From the NCBI GenBank assembly GCA_964444835.1, contig CAYUIT010000016.1, positions 481 to 64,480 on the forward strand: a stretch of 64,000 bases of DNA, read 5' to 3'. A program made the translations under genes and the position numbers. Positions 9,943 to 21,000 of this stretch are shown piece by piece; the first letter of the stretch is position 1; each line of letters opens with the position of its first letter. The stretch is from an uncultured Steroidobacteraceae bacterium (lineage in GTDB: Bacteria; Pseudomonadota; Gammaproteobacteria; Steroidobacterales; Steroidobacteraceae). A model generated the notes under the pieces. That model saw nothing but the letters and a program-made list of their open reading frames with translations, was not told where the DNA came from and did no database searches.

Positions 9943-10845
9943 CTAACTGGCGAGCCGTGCACGCTCTGCCAACACGAGTGCGCCCATCGCGCCGGCCGAG
10001 TCCTTCAGCCCCGGCGCAACAATGAAGTCATCGAACGACTCGCTCAAGCGCGGGTGATGCAGATAGCCCGCGAGCTGATCGCGCGCCGCGGAACGTACCA
10101 ACGGATACACCGTGCCGTCGGTCGTGAGGCCGCCCCCTAACACGATGACGCTCGGCGAAATCATCAAAGCGATCGCCGCGCACAACTGCCCCAGATAGAA
10201 GCCAATGACCTCGCGCGCAGGGTGATCTGGCGGCAACTGATCCAGGCGCTGGCCCCAGCGGGCTACGACAGCCGGACCGCTAACAAGTCCTTCGAGGCAG
10301 TCTCCGTGGAACGGGCAAACGCCGCGGAAATCTTGGTCGTAGGGATGGCGCGGTACGCGCAGATGTCCCATCTCGGGATGGATCAAGCCGGGCACGGCGT
10401 GCCCGTCCACGGCGATGCCGCCGCCGATGCCCGTGCCGGCCGTCACGTAGACCACAGTGCGATGGCCTGCACCGGCGCCCCAACGAGCTTCGGCGACAGC
10501 CGCACCATTGACGTCTGTATCGATCGCCACGGGTCGCTGAAAGGCCGCCTGCAACGGCTGCGTGAGGCTCACGCCGCTCCACTGCGGCTTGGGCGTGCGG
10601 GTGATCGCACCGAAAGTCGACGAACGCGGATCGAGATCGAGCGGCCCGAAGGATGCGATGCCAAACGCCGCGAGCGGCCCCTGGCGTGCATCGACAGCGC
10701 GAAAGAAATCGACCACGTCGGCGAGCGTCGCTTCTGGCGCGCGGGTGTCGAAACGCGCGCGCTCGACGATCTCGCCATCGGCACGACCGACGACACACAC
10801 GAACTTCGTGCCGCCCGCTTCAATTCCTCCTAACAAATGCTGCAT
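9943..10845 (-). CDS. ROK-family sugar kinase (fructokinase/glucokinase-like)
   Basis: 300 aa starting MQHLLGGIEAGGTKFVC, with DTDVNGAA and the ROK zinc motif (CPFHGDCLEG). Confidence 0.75.
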   Translation of the reverse strand: MQHLLGGIEAGGTKFVCVVGRADGEIVERARFDTRAPEATLADVVDFFRAVDARQGPLAAFGIASFGPLDLDPRSSTFGAITRTPKPQWSGVSLTQPLQAAFQRPVAIDTDVNGAAVAEARWGAGAGHRTVVYVTAGTGIGGGIAVDGHAVPGLIHPEMGHLRVPRHPYDQDFRGVCPFHGDCLEGLVSGPAVVARWGQRLDQLPPDHPAREVIGFYLGQLCAAIALMISPSVIVLGGGLTTDGTVYPLVRSAARDQLAGYLHHPRLSESFDDFIVAPGLKDSAGAMGALVLAERARLAS

Positions 10846-10851
10846 CCCACC

Positions 10852-11115
10852 TCACTCACCCACGAGCTGAATCGCATCTACGTACTTGTTGCTGGTATTG
10901 AGCGCGTGAGCAAAGCTGTAGCACGCACCGCTCACCTTGTACGGTGCGGCTTCTAGCTTCGTCACATACCACGTGCGATCGCCGCGCGCGTCGGGCTTGA
11001 TCTCATCGAGCCCGCTCCACGCTTCACGCGCTTTGCCTTCCGTATCGATCACTTCGATCTTTTTCACCGAGCCGACACCGAAGCGCGAGCGTGACGAATC
11101 CCCTACAAAAAGCAA
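10852..11115 (-). CDS. Small hypothetical protein. The start is uncertain: TTG at 11115 or GTG at 11067.
   Basis: 87-codon ORF packed between the TonB-dependent receptor terminator and the ROK kinase gene. I recognise no family. The 5' end overlaps the T-tract of the upstream terminator. Confidence 0.3.
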   Translation of the reverse strand: MLFVGDSSRSRFGVGSVKKIEVIDTEGKAREAWSGLDEIKPDARGDRTWYVTKLEAAPYKVSGACYSFAHALNTSNKYVDAIQLVGE

Positions 11116-11143
11116 GGCCCGCCGAAGCGTGCTTCGACGGGCC
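11104..11143 (-). terminator. Rho-independent-type terminator after the TonB-dependent receptor gene
   Basis: The GC-rich hairpin GGCCCGCCGAAGC/GCTTCGACGGGCC (one mismatch) spans 11116-11143. On the minus strand it is followed by TTGCTTTTTGT. Confidence 0.5.
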
Positions 11144-11177
11144 CTGCGATTCGTTCGATCGACAAATCCTATGCCAA

Positions 11178-13694
11178 TCAGAACTCGTAGCGAACGCTCA
11201 ACATCGACGAGCGGCCCGACAACGGGCGACCTCGAACAACTGAGCCGATACCGGCGATCGCGGCAGGGACGACGCCCTCCTCGGCTTCCGTCAACACGAA
11301 CTCATCGGTGAGATTGTTCACGTTGAAGGACAGCGTCAGCGCGTCGGTGACGCGGAAGCTACCGAAGGCGTGGACGATCACGTAGCCGTCTTGCTTGAGC
11401 TGGTTCACGTCCGCAAGGTAGTACTCGCTTGAGCCCTGGAACGTCGCACCGATTGACCAACGATCTGCGCGATACGACGGCGTCAACGTGTAGATCAAGT
11501 CGGCCTGACGACGCGGCGTATTGCCAACGACCGCTGGGTTGTTGCGATCCGCCTTGATCTCGGCGTCCGTCCACGTGATGTTGCCCGCGATACCGAAGTT
11601 ATTGATCGAGTAGTTACCCTCGAGCTCGAGACCGTTGGCTTCGTAGTCACGCACGAAGGTGGCACCGCTCGTGATCTCGGCGTTGGTCTCCTCCGTCTTC
11701 GTATTGAAGAACGTGGCATAGAACGCCAGCGGCCCACTCTTGTACTTGTAGCCCACTTCGAGCTGCTCGACATTGTCGAAACCGTCGAAGCTCGAGTCGA
11801 GCGATCCGTCAGGGTTGATGGCACCGTCGATCTGCAACAAGCGATCGGCGATCGCACGACCACCATCGCTGTAGCGAGCGAACACCGACATATTGTCGCG
11901 GAACAACCACGTGCCGCCCAGCGAGAACGCCGTGTTGTCAGCGTCGTAGTTCACGAAGTTGACCGTCGAGGCGTTGTTAGCCACGGCGACGCCGCGCGCT
12001 TCCCAGAAGTCGATCTGGCCGTTGTTATCGACATCGACGAGGATGCCGTTCTGCACGCTCGTGCCGAACGCACCGCGACCGCAGCACGCCGCCGACCGCT
12101 GGCCACGCGCCTCGACTTCATCACGACGTACGCTGATGTCGAAGTTGAACTGGTCGAGATCGAATGCCACGTTCAAGTACGGCGCCGTAGTGTCGTACTC
12201 CAGGTCCCAAGCCCACGACAGCAAGCCCGGGAACCACAAGCCGTTGTTAGCGACGACTGCGCCGTTGTTCGCGCGGACGTTGACCGTGCGCGACTCGCCA
12301 CCCACGAATGTCTCAAGAATGAACGGCCAGGAGTTCCAGTCGATGTCGATTGCTTGCTTCGACTTGTACAAGCCCACCGTGATTGCGGCACGGCCGACTT
12401 CCTTCGATACCTTCAAGTCGTTGATCAAATTGCCGACGTCATTGAACGTCACGTCGAACAGCAAGTTCTGGAAGCCGAGCGCCGAGCGCGGCACCGTCGA
12501 TCCTGCCGAGGGGCCGCTACCGAGCGTGATGTTAGCCGCTGCGATGTTAGTGCAATCGGCGGCCGTCAGCGTCTGGCCCATGCCGTTCGCAGGTGATCCG
12601 GCGCAAACGCCGTCCGCCAGAGCACCGACCGTGCCGACGCCATCCGTGAACGGCGAAATCCAGCTACCGCTGATCTCCGACGTGCGGAACTTGTTATTGA
12701 TGCGCCAGCCATTGCCGAGCTCACGATCGAACTCGAAGCCGAACGAACTCACCTTCGAGTGAATGCCTTCGGTCACATCGCGTTGCAAGCGGTCGCCGAA
12801 TGCATTGAACGTGGAGATCGTCGCTTGGTAGGGCGAATGCAGCGCTTGCGTGCTCGCATCGAAACCCGCTACCGGGCCGAAGTCGCCATTGCTCTTCACG
12901 AGCACGGGCGCCGGCATGTACGTCGTGACGCGGTCGTCGAGACGCTTGGCGAAGAAGCGGATGAAGCCGTCGTCAAAGGTCTTGGTCAGGTTGAATTTGA
13001 CCTGGCCACCTTTGTCGCCGTCGAAGCCCGTCTCGCGCACGCCTTCGCCCGTGCGATAGAAACCACCGATGTGGTAGTTGATCGAGTCGGAGAGCGCGCC
13101 GCCGTAAGAGAAGTCGGTGCGCAGCTCATCGTAGTCGAGGCCGTACGCCAAACCGACACGGCCGCCTTCTTTGTCGCCGTAATTCGAGATCATGTTGATG
13201 ATGCCGCCGGGCGAGTTGCTCGCGAATGTCGAAGCGGAACCACCGCGTACCGACTCGATACGCGACACGCTGCCGTCGTAGCGGATGAAGTTGTCACCGT
13301 TGGCGAAATTCATATCGCCGAACTCGACGACCGGCAGGCCGTCCTCGTGCAACTGCAAATACTTGGCACCGCCGGTCGCGAGCGGAATGCCGCGAATGGT
13401 GATGTTCGCGTTGCCGTTACCGCCCGACGACTCGGAACGAATGCCGGGCAGACTGCGGAACACTTCCGCGACGGAACGCGGCGCGATTTCGTTGAGCGCA
13501 TCGATACTGAGCGCGCTCGTCGAGATGCTCGATTCGAGACGATTGACAGGTCGTGCCACTGCGGTGACGACGACTTCTTCGAGTGTTTCTTCTTCGGCTG
13601 GTGCGCTGTCTTGCGCGTTGGCCGTCGTGAAGACGAACAGCCCGCTCACCAAACACGTGAACGGACGCAGCCACTGGCGTTGCGTTGCGGACAT
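11178..13694 (-). CDS. TonB-dependent receptor
   Basis: I prefer the internal ATG at 13694 (MSATQRQWLRPFTCLVSGLFVFTTANAQ, a signal peptide). It has a plug domain (IESVRGGSASTFASNSPGGIIN) and ends ..SVRYEF. Confidence 0.9.
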   Translation of the reverse strand: MSATQRQWLRPFTCLVSGLFVFTTANAQDSAPAEEETLEEVVVTAVARPVNRLESSISTSALSIDALNEIAPRSVAEVFRSLPGIRSESSGGNGNANITIRGIPLATGGAKYLQLHEDGLPVVEFGDMNFANGDNFIRYDGSVSRIESVRGGSASTFASNSPGGIINMISNYGDKEGGRVGLAYGLDYDELRTDFSYGGALSDSINYHIGGFYRTGEGVRETGFDGDKGGQVKFNLTKTFDDGFIRFFAKRLDDRVTTYMPAPVLVKSNGDFGPVAGFDASTQALHSPYQATISTFNAFGDRLQRDVTEGIHSKVSSFGFEFDRELGNGWRINNKFRTSEISGSWISPFTDGVGTVGALADGVCAGSPANGMGQTLTAADCTNIAAANITLGSGPSAGSTVPRSALGFQNLLFDVTFNDVGNLINDLKVSKEVGRAAITVGLYKSKQAIDIDWNSWPFILETFVGGESRTVNVRANNGAVVANNGLWFPGLLSWAWDLEYDTTAPYLNVAFDLDQFNFDISVRRDEVEARGQRSAACCGRGAFGTSVQNGILVDVDNNGQIDFWEARGVAVANNASTVNFVNYDADNTAFSLGGTWLFRDNMSVFARYSDGGRAIADRLLQIDGAINPDGSLDSSFDGFDNVEQLEVGYKYKSGPLAFYATFFNTKTEETNAEITSGATFVRDYEANGLELEGNYSINNFGIAGNITWTDAEIKADRNNPAVVGNTPRRQADLIYTLTPSYRADRWSIGATFQGSSEYYLADVNQLKQDGYVIVHAFGSFRVTDALTLSFNVNNLTDEFVLTEAEEGVVPAAIAGIGSVVRGRPLSGRSSMLSVRYEF

Positions 13695-13778
13695 GATGTT
13701 TCCCCTCGTTGTGGACGGCGAACCACAGTGCGTCATTGCCTGCGGAACTCTCGACCTCGGGTTGAGGCTACTATGGTC

Positions 13779-13814
13779 TGCAATCGATTGCAATTGCAGC
13801 GACAAACGATTGCA
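13779..13814. promoter_or_regulatory. LacI-type operator, type A: a perfect palindrome TGCAATCGATTGCA plus a weaker adjacent copy
   Basis: TGCAATCGATTGCA at 13779-13792 is a perfect 14-bp palindrome, about 85 nt upstream of the receptor start. A second copy, GACAAACGATTGCA, lies at 13801-13814. Confidence 0.5.
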
Positions 13815-13877
13815 GGCATAGCCACCTGTGTCGCGGCGCCGCCACAATCGAGGCGGTGTTGGGGCGGTCTGCGCGGG

Positions 13878-15065
13878 CTACTGCGGGGGCTGCCGGCGCG
13901 CCAACATCGGTTGCACAACCGGTACGGTGAGCATCGTGCTCGCCACGGCCATCAGCAGCAACGCGGTGAACATGTCGGCCGAAATCAATTGCTTGTCGAG
14001 TAACACATTGGAAAACACGATCATGATCAGCGCCTTGGTTTGTAGCAGCCAGCCGACCAGGGCGGCCTCCCCGGGCGCCCACCGCAGAATTCGCCCTGCC
14101 AGCTGCACGCCTACCAACTTCCCGACGACCGCAGCCACGAGGAGTGCCGCCGCCACCAAGAAGACACTCGGGCCGCCAAGCGCCCACGTCGTTCGCAAAC
14201 CCGTGCTCAGGAAGAACACGGGCATCATCACTAACAAGATCGTACGACGAAATTCATCGAGTTCACGCGGGTCGAACCAGTCGCGCTCGAGAATCGTCCC
14301 CGCAAGGAATGCACCCACCATGAAGTGCAGCCCGCAGTAGTCGGCGCCAAAAGACACGACCGTCAGCCAAATCAAACCCACATACCAGCGATCGCGCGGT
14401 GACAAACGTGGCATCAGTTTGCGCAGCGCCTGCCCTGCAATCAGAAACGCGAGCAGGAACACCACCTGCATGCCCACCCGGTGCCAGTCCATCAGAATCA
14501 GCGCCAACACGGCCCAAATCAGCAGATCGTCGAGGCTGGCGTAGCGCAGGATTCTCTGCCCGAGTGGCTGACGCAGTATCTCAAGCTTCTCCATCAGCAA
14601 GATCAAAATGGGCAATGCCGTCACCGCACACGCCATGCCAACGCCCAGCACGAACTGCCAGTCATGCGCCTTGGCACCCATCCAACCAGGCTCATCGACG
14701 AGCAGCGCCGCAACGATCGCGCCAGTCGCAAGGGGCACGACCAGCGCGCAGCCAGCAGTGATCGCACTCTCGCGCCGCTCAGCCCAAGCGCTGCGCAGGT
14801 CGAGCTCAATGCCTGCGATCCAAACGAAGCACATCACGGCCCACCACGCGATGCCGTTGAGTAGCGCGATCACCGCTGGACTGAAGACCGTGGCATGCAG
14901 CTCAGGCTGCCAAACCCCCAAGATGCCTGGTCCTAACAAGATGCCCGTGATGATTTGCACGACCACGAGCGGCGCATAGCGCTCGGTACGGCCGAGGCGC
15001 CAAATGGCGTACGGCACCGCGATGATGATCGTCATTGCGATCAGAAACAGCTCGGCCGAATTCAC
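13878..15065 (-). CDS. Cation:proton antiporter (CPA2/Na_H_Exchanger family)
   Basis: 395 aa, a polytopic membrane protein. The N-terminus LVVVQIITGILLGPGILG is typical of Kef/CPA2-type exchangers. Confidence 0.75.
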   Translation of the reverse strand: MNSAELFLIAMTIIIAVPYAIWRLGRTERYAPLVVVQIITGILLGPGILGVWQPELHATVFSPAVIALLNGIAWWAVMCFVWIAGIELDLRSAWAERRESAITAGCALVVPLATGAIVAALLVDEPGWMGAKAHDWQFVLGVGMACAVTALPILILLMEKLEILRQPLGQRILRYASLDDLLIWAVLALILMDWHRVGMQVVFLLAFLIAGQALRKLMPRLSPRDRWYVGLIWLTVVSFGADYCGLHFMVGAFLAGTILERDWFDPRELDEFRRTILLVMMPVFFLSTGLRTTWALGGPSVFLVAAALLVAAVVGKLVGVQLAGRILRWAPGEAALVGWLLQTKALIMIVFSNVLLDKQLISADMFTALLLMAVASTMLTVPVVQPMLARRQPPQ

Positions 15066-15167
15066 GTTATAGGTTCTCGGATGCGGGCGCCCTCTGACAG
15101 GGCAAGCTAACGCGAGACCGCGTCGAGATCAATCGCTCGCGGCGAGCTCACCGCGAGCGACGCGCAT

Positions 15168-16643
15168 CTACTTGCACCGGGCGAACTGCACCACGGAACC
15201 CCCTTGCGTGTACTCGAGTGCGAACGCCAGGGATTCGAATTGCACGCTGAGTTGAATGAACTCGCCCCCAGCAGCCCAGCGGAGCTTGAGCCCCTGGTCG
15301 CCGATGAGCTCTGCGGAGAAAGCGCCACCGAAGGCGGCATGCGTGTTGCGCAATCGAATGAGCGCCAACAAGTCGCGTACGACGGGCAGGCGCAGCGCCG
15401 ACTCGATTTCATCAGCAGAATAATGGTGTCGATTGATGTCGCGACCCACCTTGGTGCGCTCAAGCAAAGCCATGTCATTGCGACCGGCCAATAGACCGAC
15501 GTAATAGATCTGCGGCACACCGGGCACGAAGAGCTGGATCGCACGCGCGATCAAGTACGCGGTCGGATCCGCCCCGACCGCATCGAAAAACGTGCAATTG
15601 ACCTGATAGAGATCGAGATTCGACGCCGCAGCGCCCGTCGCACGCCGACTTTCGCCGCGGCTCTTTTCGTGCACGATGTCGACCAACCGATCGAGCTCTT
15701 GCGGCGGCACGAGGCCGGGGCGATTCGCACGATCGCTTGTGTCCGCGCCAATGTCGATCACGCCGATCCCGTCGTGCGTATCGAGCACGGTCAACGCGTT
15801 GTTAGGCCGGATATCGAGCCACTGCTTCAGGTAGCGCGCCGTGCGGAAGAACAACGCGTGGAGCACCAATGGCGGCAACGCGAAGTCATAGACCCAATCC
15901 ACGTGCTTGGCGATCTCGATTTGCTTGCGATAGTACGAGTGGATCTCGACGAGCACTTCAATACCGAGTGCATGCGCACGGCCCGTGAAATCTGCGATGA
16001 ACGCAAACGTCTCGGGCATCATAAAGCACGAATCGCCCGCCTTCTTGATCGCGTAGCCCGCTGCGTCGAGCCGAATCATCCGCACACCGTTGTCCGCGAG
16101 TGTGCGCAAGATGCTGTCGAGATATTCGCGGCCTTGCGGGTGCTCCACGGCAATGTCGATCTGCTGCGACGTAAACGTAGTCCACAAAATGCGCTTCTCG
16201 CCGTTCTTAAGCGTCGCATAGGTGAACGGCAAGCCTGGACGCGGTCGGTAGATCGCTAACAACTCTCGTTCGGTGGCACCGCGCGGAAACACCGAGTCGT
16301 ACGTCAGGAACAACCCAGCAAACGGCGACGCCGCGCCCCGACTGCTGAAGTCTTGGAACTGTGGCGAATCCGCCGACATATGGTTGACGATTACATCGGA
16401 CATGACGTCCGCGACAGCAGCGAGCGCTTTGACATCGGACCAATCGCCGAGGCGTGGATCGACTTGTGTGTGATCGATCGGATCGAAGCCCGCATCGGCA
16501 CCGTCGATTGGATAGAAGAACGGCAGCAAGTGAACCCCGCCAAACAGGCCTGCGAACGGCCCGCGCAGCAACGTCGCGAGATCGCGCAGCCCGCCCCCGC
16601 TCAAACGGTCCACGTAGGTAATTAGTTGTACTTTGTTCTGCAT
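15168..16643 (-). CDS. Sucrose phosphorylase family glycoside hydrolase (GH13 subfamily 18)
   Basis: From the ATG at 16643: MQNKVQLITYVDRL...HLLPFFYPIDGADAGFDPIDHTQVDPRLG...IYRPRPGLPF...IRLDAAGYA...EVLVEIHSYY...DFALPPL...IRPNNALTVLDTHDGIGVIDIG. By recall this is nearly colinear with characterised sucrose phosphorylases. Confidence 0.85.
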   Translation of the reverse strand: MQNKVQLITYVDRLSGGGLRDLATLLRGPFAGLFGGVHLLPFFYPIDGADAGFDPIDHTQVDPRLGDWSDVKALAAVADVMSDVIVNHMSADSPQFQDFSSRGAASPFAGLFLTYDSVFPRGATERELLAIYRPRPGLPFTYATLKNGEKRILWTTFTSQQIDIAVEHPQGREYLDSILRTLADNGVRMIRLDAAGYAIKKAGDSCFMMPETFAFIADFTGRAHALGIEVLVEIHSYYRKQIEIAKHVDWVYDFALPPLVLHALFFRTARYLKQWLDIRPNNALTVLDTHDGIGVIDIGADTSDRANRPGLVPPQELDRLVDIVHEKSRGESRRATGAAASNLDLYQVNCTFFDAVGADPTAYLIARAIQLFVPGVPQIYYVGLLAGRNDMALLERTKVGRDINRHHYSADEIESALRLPVVRDLLALIRLRNTHAAFGGAFSAELIGDQGLKLRWAAGGEFIQLSVQFESLAFALEYTQGGSVVQFARCK

Positions 16644-16701
16644 GCGCCGTGCAGCGTCTGCTGCACCCCCTCGAGTCATCGCTGTCGGGCAAAGCGTATT
16701 A

Positions 16702-16715
16702 TGCAATCGATTGAA
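16702..16715. promoter_or_regulatory. LacI-type operator, type A (TGCAATCGATTGAA)
   Basis: It matches the perfect palindrome at 13779 in 13 of 14 positions. It lies about 59 nt upstream of the phosphorylase start. Confidence 0.45.
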
Positions 16716-16769
16716 ATGCCAGTTTTTTGCACTTTTTTAGGTCAGGCAGACCCGCAAAATCCAGCGTCA

Positions 16770-17813
16770 CTATTTCGCTTTGCGCGGCATGGCGGGCCGC
16801 ACGCTGCTCGCCCGCACGATCAGTTCCACAGGCAGTATCGATGACGCCACCTCGCGCCCGGCGATGACGTCGAGCAATTTCTCCACGAGCAGCTGGCCGC
16901 TCTTGGCCAGATCCTGCCGTAACGTCGTCAATGGCGGCGACGCGAACATCGCCATCGGCAGCCCATCGAAGCCGACGACGGCGACATCTTGCGGCACGCG
17001 CAGCTTGTGTTCCGCGAGCGCACGCATCGCGCTCATCGCAATGCCGTCGGAAGCCGCCACGATACCGTCGATTTGCAGCCCGCTCGCGAGCAACGACTTC
17101 GCTTCTTGGTAGGCCGCATCCGCGCCGAAATGCACCGCAATCTCGAGCCGCGGTGCCTGATCGAGCCGATGCTGCTCGAGGGCGCGGACGTAGCCCTCAC
17201 GGCGCGCCGACACCTCTGGCACACGCGTATCGCCAAAGAATGCGATGCGCCGGCAGCCTTGGTCGATCAGGTGCGAGGTTGCTAGATAGCCGCCGCTCAG
17301 GTTATCGGAGCCGACCGTTATGTAGCGCTGATCGTCGAGCTTTTGCCCCCACACGACGAACTTGAGTCCCGCGGCGGCGGCTTCGTTCAACGCCGAATGA
17401 TGCAAGCTCTGTCCAATGACTATGACGCCATCCGCACGGCGCGCACGCAGACTCTCGCTGACCCAATCGGGCGAACTCCCGTCGATTTTTGCCAGCAGCA
17501 AGCTATAGCCGCGTTCCGTCAGCGCATCGGCGATATGTCCTAACAACTCCATGAAGAACGGATCTGAGACGGATTGGCGGCTTTCATGCTGGAGCGGAAT
17601 GAGCACGGCGATCGTCCGCGTAATCCGCGACCGTAAACTGCTCGCCACGGGATTCACGCGATAACCTGAACGCGCCGCGATCTCCTGGATGCGCTTGCGC
17701 GTCTTCTGTGCGATGAGAGGGCTGTCGGCCAGCGCTCGCGAGACCGTCGCTTCGCTGACGCCCGCCCGCTTCGCAAGATCGGCCATGGTAATGACAGCTA
17801 TCGTCTTTGGCAT
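16770..17813 (-). CDS. LacI-family transcriptional regulator
   Basis: HTH region ITMADLAKRAGVSEATVSRAL followed by a periplasmic-binding-protein-like sugar-binding fold. I prefer the start MPKTIAV at 17813. Confidence 0.85.
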   Translation of the reverse strand: MPKTIAVITMADLAKRAGVSEATVSRALADSPLIAQKTRKRIQEIAARSGYRVNPVASSLRSRITRTIAVLIPLQHESRQSVSDPFFMELLGHIADALTERGYSLLLAKIDGSSPDWVSESLRARRADGVIVIGQSLHHSALNEAAAAGLKFVVWGQKLDDQRYITVGSDNLSGGYLATSHLIDQGCRRIAFFGDTRVPEVSARREGYVRALEQHRLDQAPRLEIAVHFGADAAYQEAKSLLASGLQIDGIVAASDGIAMSAMRALAEHKLRVPQDVAVVGFDGLPMAMFASPPLTTLRQDLAKSGQLLVEKLLDVIAGREVASSILPVELIVRASSVRPAMPRKAK

Positions 17814-18040
17814 GTGTCCATGCTGCGCGAAGCCCCGCCGGGTGGCAAGCGCGCCGAGCAGCGACGACGACGAGCAAGACACGCCGAGTCCGCTAGGCGA
17901 TCCGGGAGAGCCCGGCCATTGGGCCATCGCTTCCTTCGATTACACGGCGGCGCGGGGGACACGCCACAGCGTACGATCGGTCAATGGACCGGACCCTCCC
18001 AAGATTCAATGCGTCACTACCGCACGGCTCCCGCCCGACA

Positions 18041-21000
18041 CTAACGACTCACGCCATGGCGTATACGGCGGCAGCTACGATCCAGCCAGGCCTCGCGCGT
18101 TCCGTGAGCGAGGCGCACCTCTTGCGCGCCGCACATCACCACCAAGCCGCCGGGCGGCTGAACTGCACCAGAGCTGACAAAGTGAAGGTTCGACTGCGAG
18201 TCGAGTCGCAAGCTGTAGTCGAGCGCTCCCCACGGTGTGCGCAAGCCTGTAACTCGCACGCCCTCGTCCCGCAGCCAGTCTTGAGAAAGACCCGCACCGA
18301 GGATCAAGGCGCGATCCGACTCACGCTCATAGGCGAACGTATCCAGCATCGCGCGGATGTAATCCCCGGCGACCCACCCGTGCGGCATATCGCCGATGAA
18401 GCGGGGCTCCCGCAACTCACGCCCCACGACTTCCGCCCACTGATTCCAGCCAGGCGGCCGCCGGTCGTGCATGAAGAACGCTAACAACTCATGCGCGCGC
18501 TCGTACCAGCCAAGACGGAGGAACGTTCCGATGGTCCGAATTTCGTATGGCGTGTAGGCATCCCACACGCGCTGCCCATCGCGCCGTGCGACGAACTCAC
18601 GCCAATAGCGCTCGAAGGTGTTCGTCAACAGATCGCGCGGTAAATGCGTCATCTCAACGCCGGGCGACAAAGCGATCGTGGTCGATGTCGCATCAAAATC
18701 GCCGAGTTCGGCAGCACCCGGCAGGAAGTCGATACCATGTTGCGCAGTGCTGTATCGCAATGATGCAAGCACATCGGCGCGATACTCAACGAGTTGGCGC
18801 CGATAGTTGCGAGCTGCGCCGCGGTGGCCCAGCACCTGCGCCATCTCGATCGCCCGCTCGTAGCCGAGCAGTCCCCAATAGTTGTCCCAATACGAGTGCA
18901 TCGGCTTCGCGGAGTAGCCTTCGTGACTGATCGACGCCGGAAGCAGGCCGTAGAATGCGCGACGCGCTGGCGCGAGATTCGCTGCGATTCTTTCTGATTG
19001 GCGCAGCGATTCGAGATACACCATCGCACGCTGGATCTCAGGCCAATGCGTTGCGAGCCACGCTTCATTGGGTGCGTAACGGTGCAGCTCGGAGAACAAC
19101 CACACGAACTCGCCGGAACTGTCGTTCTCTGGAACGGGATCGGCGCCGCGGCTATCGACGCAGCAAGGCACCTTGCCGTTATCGAACAAATGCGGCGCAT
19201 ACCAGTCGGCGAACTCACGCGCCACGGATTCATGGCCCAAGCGCAGCAAGGCTGATGAACTCAGCGCACCATCGCGTATCCACGAACGCTCGTAGCTACG
19301 TGAGCCCGGCTGCAACCGTGGACCGTCGCGATTGATCAAGACGTGCGCGAGCGAGGTGCGAAGCGTATCGATTACGGGACGCATCCTCGTGGGCCCGTCG
19401 ATTCGGACACGATTCAGCGCCTCACGCCAGTAATCTGCCGTCGTCGCCCGTTCATTCTCGAGGCGTTCGGCCAGAGATTGCGTTCCAACGGCATGCGGTA
19501 CGCCAGACCACGGAATGGCTACGCTAACAACCCAGACCTCACCGGGCTGCAGGCTCCGCCGATAGCGCAATGCGCCGGACGCGTAGCCCCATGGATCCTC
19601 AGCCTCGTGCTTGGCGGGAAGCGCTAACAACTGCGATAGAGTCTCAGCAGCATCGAACGACGCTGCGACGAACTCATCCGGCGGAACCGCGGGCGCGATG
19701 CGCGGGCGGCCGTCGATTTCGACGGACGCACCGTTCCAACGAATCGAGCGCAGCGGCGCAACTCCGCCCGGCGTGTTCAAAAACTGCGCGGGCGGATTGA
19801 CTTGAAAAGGCCGTATCGCAAGCGCTAACTCGACGCGCTGTGGCGCCGATGAGCGGTTCGTGTATTCGTACCGGACGACACCGAAATCATGCTCCGGAAT
19901 GCCAGCACCGAATGCTTCGATGCGTAAGGCGCCAACCGCGTGACGCCATGTCACATACGGCATCGGCAAATACTGCTCGGGCAGCCCGTGCTCGATCGAC
20001 ACGTTCGCCCAATCGAACGCTTGGCCATCCACCGTCAGGAACGGCTCGATCGACGCTGCGCCCTTACCGATCTCGAACGCGCCATCCTCGGAAAACAAGC
20101 CTTCCTCGGCTCCGCCATCGGTGCCCACGATCGTCCAATACGACTGCTCGCCGATGAAGCCGCGCGGAAAAGTGCCGCGCGGTGACTGCTGCGCAAGATT
20201 CTTGAAGAGTGCGTTCGGCGTGGCACCGAAAGACAGTTCGCGCACGACGACCGACTGCAGCGCGATCTCTGCCGTTGCAGCGCTCACGACCGCCACGCGC
20301 AGATAGCGTGCGCTCGACTCGGGCAACGCCAACCAATCCGTGCCGCCGTTGCCCTCGCGCACTTCTCGGACGGTTCGCCATTCCACATTGTCGTCTGACA
20401 ACTGCACGCGATACGCGCGCGGATGCGCTCCCGGCGCCCAATGCAACGTGACGCCACCGAACTCGCGCTCGAAGCCGAAATCGACTTGCCACCACGCACC
20501 CTGCACTCGTGTGCGCCAAGTGGAGGCCGGATCGCCATCGAGCGCGGCAGCTGCGTTCCCCGCTGACGCCGTTGCCAGCGGCGTGGGTGGCGTGACGGGC
20601 GGCGGTGGCAACGGCACGAGCGTCAACTCGTCAATATCGATGTGTCCTGCACCACCACCCTCGCCCGCCGTCATCACGAACTCGAGCTGCTCGGTATTCG
20701 GAAGCGAGTGGTTAGTGGTTGGGCCCCACGCAAACTCAATTTGGCGCTTGCGAACCCGCACGGTTTGCCACTCATCGGCGAACGTCGTATCAGGCTTGCG
20801 ATACCACCATACGTTGTCGCCCGTGGCATCCACGAGCTTCATTTCGAAATGGTTCGAAGCGCCGGCACCGCGAATCCGAAAGCGCAATTCGAAATGCGCG
20901 GGAAACTCGAGTGGCAACCGGCGACGCGCGGCCACGTAGCCACCCCGATCGCGGAAATCGTAACTCAGACGCAGTGCATTACCGTGCTCGCCTGTGATCG

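Noticed and set aside
10852-11115. The N-terminal LFVGDSS of the 87-codon ORF looks like SGNH block I
   Set aside because: The remaining 80 residues carry no other SGNH blocks. This part of the ORF also overlaps the T-tract of the upstream terminator, so the resemblance is probably fortuitous.
15134-15159. Hairpin CGCTCGCGG-cgagctca-CCGCGAGCG downstream of the phosphorylase gene, as a terminator
   Set aside because: It has a perfect 9-bp stem but no T-tract on the minus strand. It could be a Rho-dependent or stability element, and the evidence is too weak to annotate.
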